A stretch of DNA of 64,000 nucleotides from Harriotta raleighana (lineage: Eukaryota), in contig JBNZDD010013567.1 of NCBI GenBank assembly GCA_050575255.1, positions 342,842 to 406,841 on the forward strand. Reading direction: 5' to 3'. The translations under genes and the position numbers were made by a program. How positions within the stretch are numbered: the stretch's first letter is position 1; each line of letters starts with the position of its first letter. Shown here piece by piece: positions 62,004-64,000 of the stretch. The notes beneath the pieces were generated by a model. It made no database searches. It was given only the letters and a program-made list of their open reading frames with translations, and was not told where the DNA came from.

Positions 62004-63289
62004 TTAGTTATACATGTACATAAAAATGACCAGCAAACTGATGAGAATTTGTTACATTGTTTCTTTATTTTAGTACCAAAAGTTGGCAAAAACCTCTGTA
62101 GAGCTCTAATTTTCTCCAGATTGTGTTAGGAATGTTACAAAATAAAATGTTGGGAGATTTCCAATTGACCCATTAAAAATCTGTACTGTTTAACCAGTGG
62201 GAAAGGGTGGGATGTCAATCATAAATCCATTAGATTTGAAGCCCAAAATGGGGAAATTGTACGTTTCTCCGATTTGTTTAAAAAAAGTAAATTATCAACC
62301 AAGAAAAGACAATGTGACTCACTCAATGTCCTTTTAATGAGTAATTAACCAGCAATTTCTGTATGTACAAAACAAAATACATCCAGATGTGAGAAAACAC
62401 TTGAAATGGCTGTTTTGCTTTGATTTCATGTTTCTAGCCGACTGGTATCTTGTCTGAGATTAGCATTTCTCAGTCTCATCCAATTAAACAAAATTTCATG
62501 GGCTCAAATGTGTCTGAAATTTTCTTCTTCTGCAAATGACTTCAGGCTTTCCCCAAATCACTGTAGTGCAATGTTAGGTACCATCTGGAGCCCTGCTGTT
62601 AATGCAGTATCAATTTTTTAAAATACCTTTAGTTTTAAGTAGAGATCCTGTCCAAAGGTTTTGAAAGTTCTGAAGGTTTGTGCTCTTTAAGTACCTAAAT
62701 TAGAACTGTTTTCCAGTTTTTTTTTATTTCTTATGTTATTCTTAACCTATACAGTAGGTTAAGTACAGTAACCTATACACTCATTGCTAACAGTTGACTC
62801 TTGGATTCTTGTATAATACTGCATATAAATTTTTCAAGATATAGAGAAAATAGAACTATGATATTCTCTTGTAATGTCAGGTTAATTCTGAGTATCACTT
62901 ACTCTCGTCTCATTGTACATTATCATCTATTTTGACTGTGGGAGGTTGGCACCTGTGCAGCTGTGGGACATGAGCCATTGTTTTTTTCTTACAGTTTGTC
63001 TTTTTAAAGCTTGATATTTTAGTACCTTTTAACACACCGAAGACTGTGCTTTGCCCCACTTATTGTTACCATGTTGAGAACAGTGCTCTACTGTTTTCTT
63101 TTTTGCTTTAACTGGCAGAGTCAGCATTTAAAGAATTGAAAGGTATAATGAAGCTTTGTTAGCTGAGTCATTATGTTACATGGCTGTTGCAAATGTCCTG
63201 TTATTTATGACAGTCAGCTTTTAACTCCATGTTTTTGTAACACAAGTTAATTCACTCTGAAAGAAATTGAGATTGTAGTTGTGTAGAAG

Positions 63290-63710
63290 AAGAAGAAATT
63301 TAAGATCCTGAGAGAGAAAATCCGCAGGCAAAGCTCAGACCCTCACGTTCGGAACAGGAAAGTTGATCCAATGTGTTCTAAGGAAATAATTTTACAGCTG
63401 ATCTGGATCTACTGTATTAGCGAAGGAATAGCCTGGTTAAGGTGCTGGTTTGTAATTTGCTACACTAAGGATTCCCAAACCAGACAACAACTGATTGAAG
63501 GCAAGAAAAATGTGAGTTACTTGATACTATTGTGGATTGCTGACCTTGATGCGCCTGCATTGGTGAAGGAACACTTGGCGATTAACTCTTTCCCAAATTT
63601 TGCTGAGAACAAATGGGGAATTTACAATGGCAAACATATGTAGCACTTTCAGTCTGCATTCGATATGCTAAAGATGGTGATTATTTCTTGCTTGTTTTTA
63701 GATGCCTAGT
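63290..63710 (+). pseudogene. Mononegavirales nucleoprotein (N) core fragment, EVE
   Basis: ILREKIRRQSS, QLIWIYCISEGIAW (cf. DIDNYIVEAGLAS), EHLAINSFPNFAENKWG (cf. LAPRSFPNLA / LSLxxxPNFASVVLG), KDGDYFLL (cf. DPAYFRLG); largely ORF 63371..63643. Confidence 0.6.
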
Positions 63711-64000
63711 TGACAAATACAAAATTACATTTGTCTGTTGGTCCTTGAGTGTAATGTAAGATTTGACGTTTGTTTCAGCTTTCAAATATATTGATGCAGA
63801 ACATTTCAAAATGGGTTTTAAGATAGTTATTATTCAAATGCTAATATTTAAGGTGCAAGGTTTCAATTAAGCGTGAATATTTATTTGCAAAGAAAAATCC
63901 TGTGCCAAACTGGATTATTTCTAACATGGATTTTGATCCAGACTTTAAAGTGCGCTCAAATTAAATTGCTGATGGAGTTAACAGATTTCTGTGGCAGATT

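Overview
AT-rich eukaryotic DNA, most likely from a cartilaginous fish (shark or chimaera), inferred from the tRNA/Deu-domain SINEs, CR1 and L2 tails and shark-type Penelope palindromes. I found no intact host gene, rRNA, tRNA or CRISPR array. Manual six-frame translation through stops and frameshifts suggests that much of the DNA between the transposons is decayed negative-strand RNA virus coding sequence resembling Paramyxoviridae (and other Mononegavirales). About 20 segments were recognised: nucleoprotein N (3), matrix M (5), fusion F (5), receptor-binding H/HN/G (5) and one L polymerase core, plus weaker candidates. They are spread over the whole 64 kb, mostly on the + strand, not in viral gene order, and show no obvious nucleotide identity to each other. 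This looks like a locus that repeatedly captured viral sequence, possibly a piRNA-cluster-type archive (inference). All viral assignments are by-eye matches to remembered motifs; no database search was run, and boundaries are approximate. Also present: Penelope-derived elements with minimal hammerhead ribozyme motifs (one with a 16-bp target-site duplication), two Tigger/pogo-like MITEs, and several N-joined duplications that are probably assembly artefacts.
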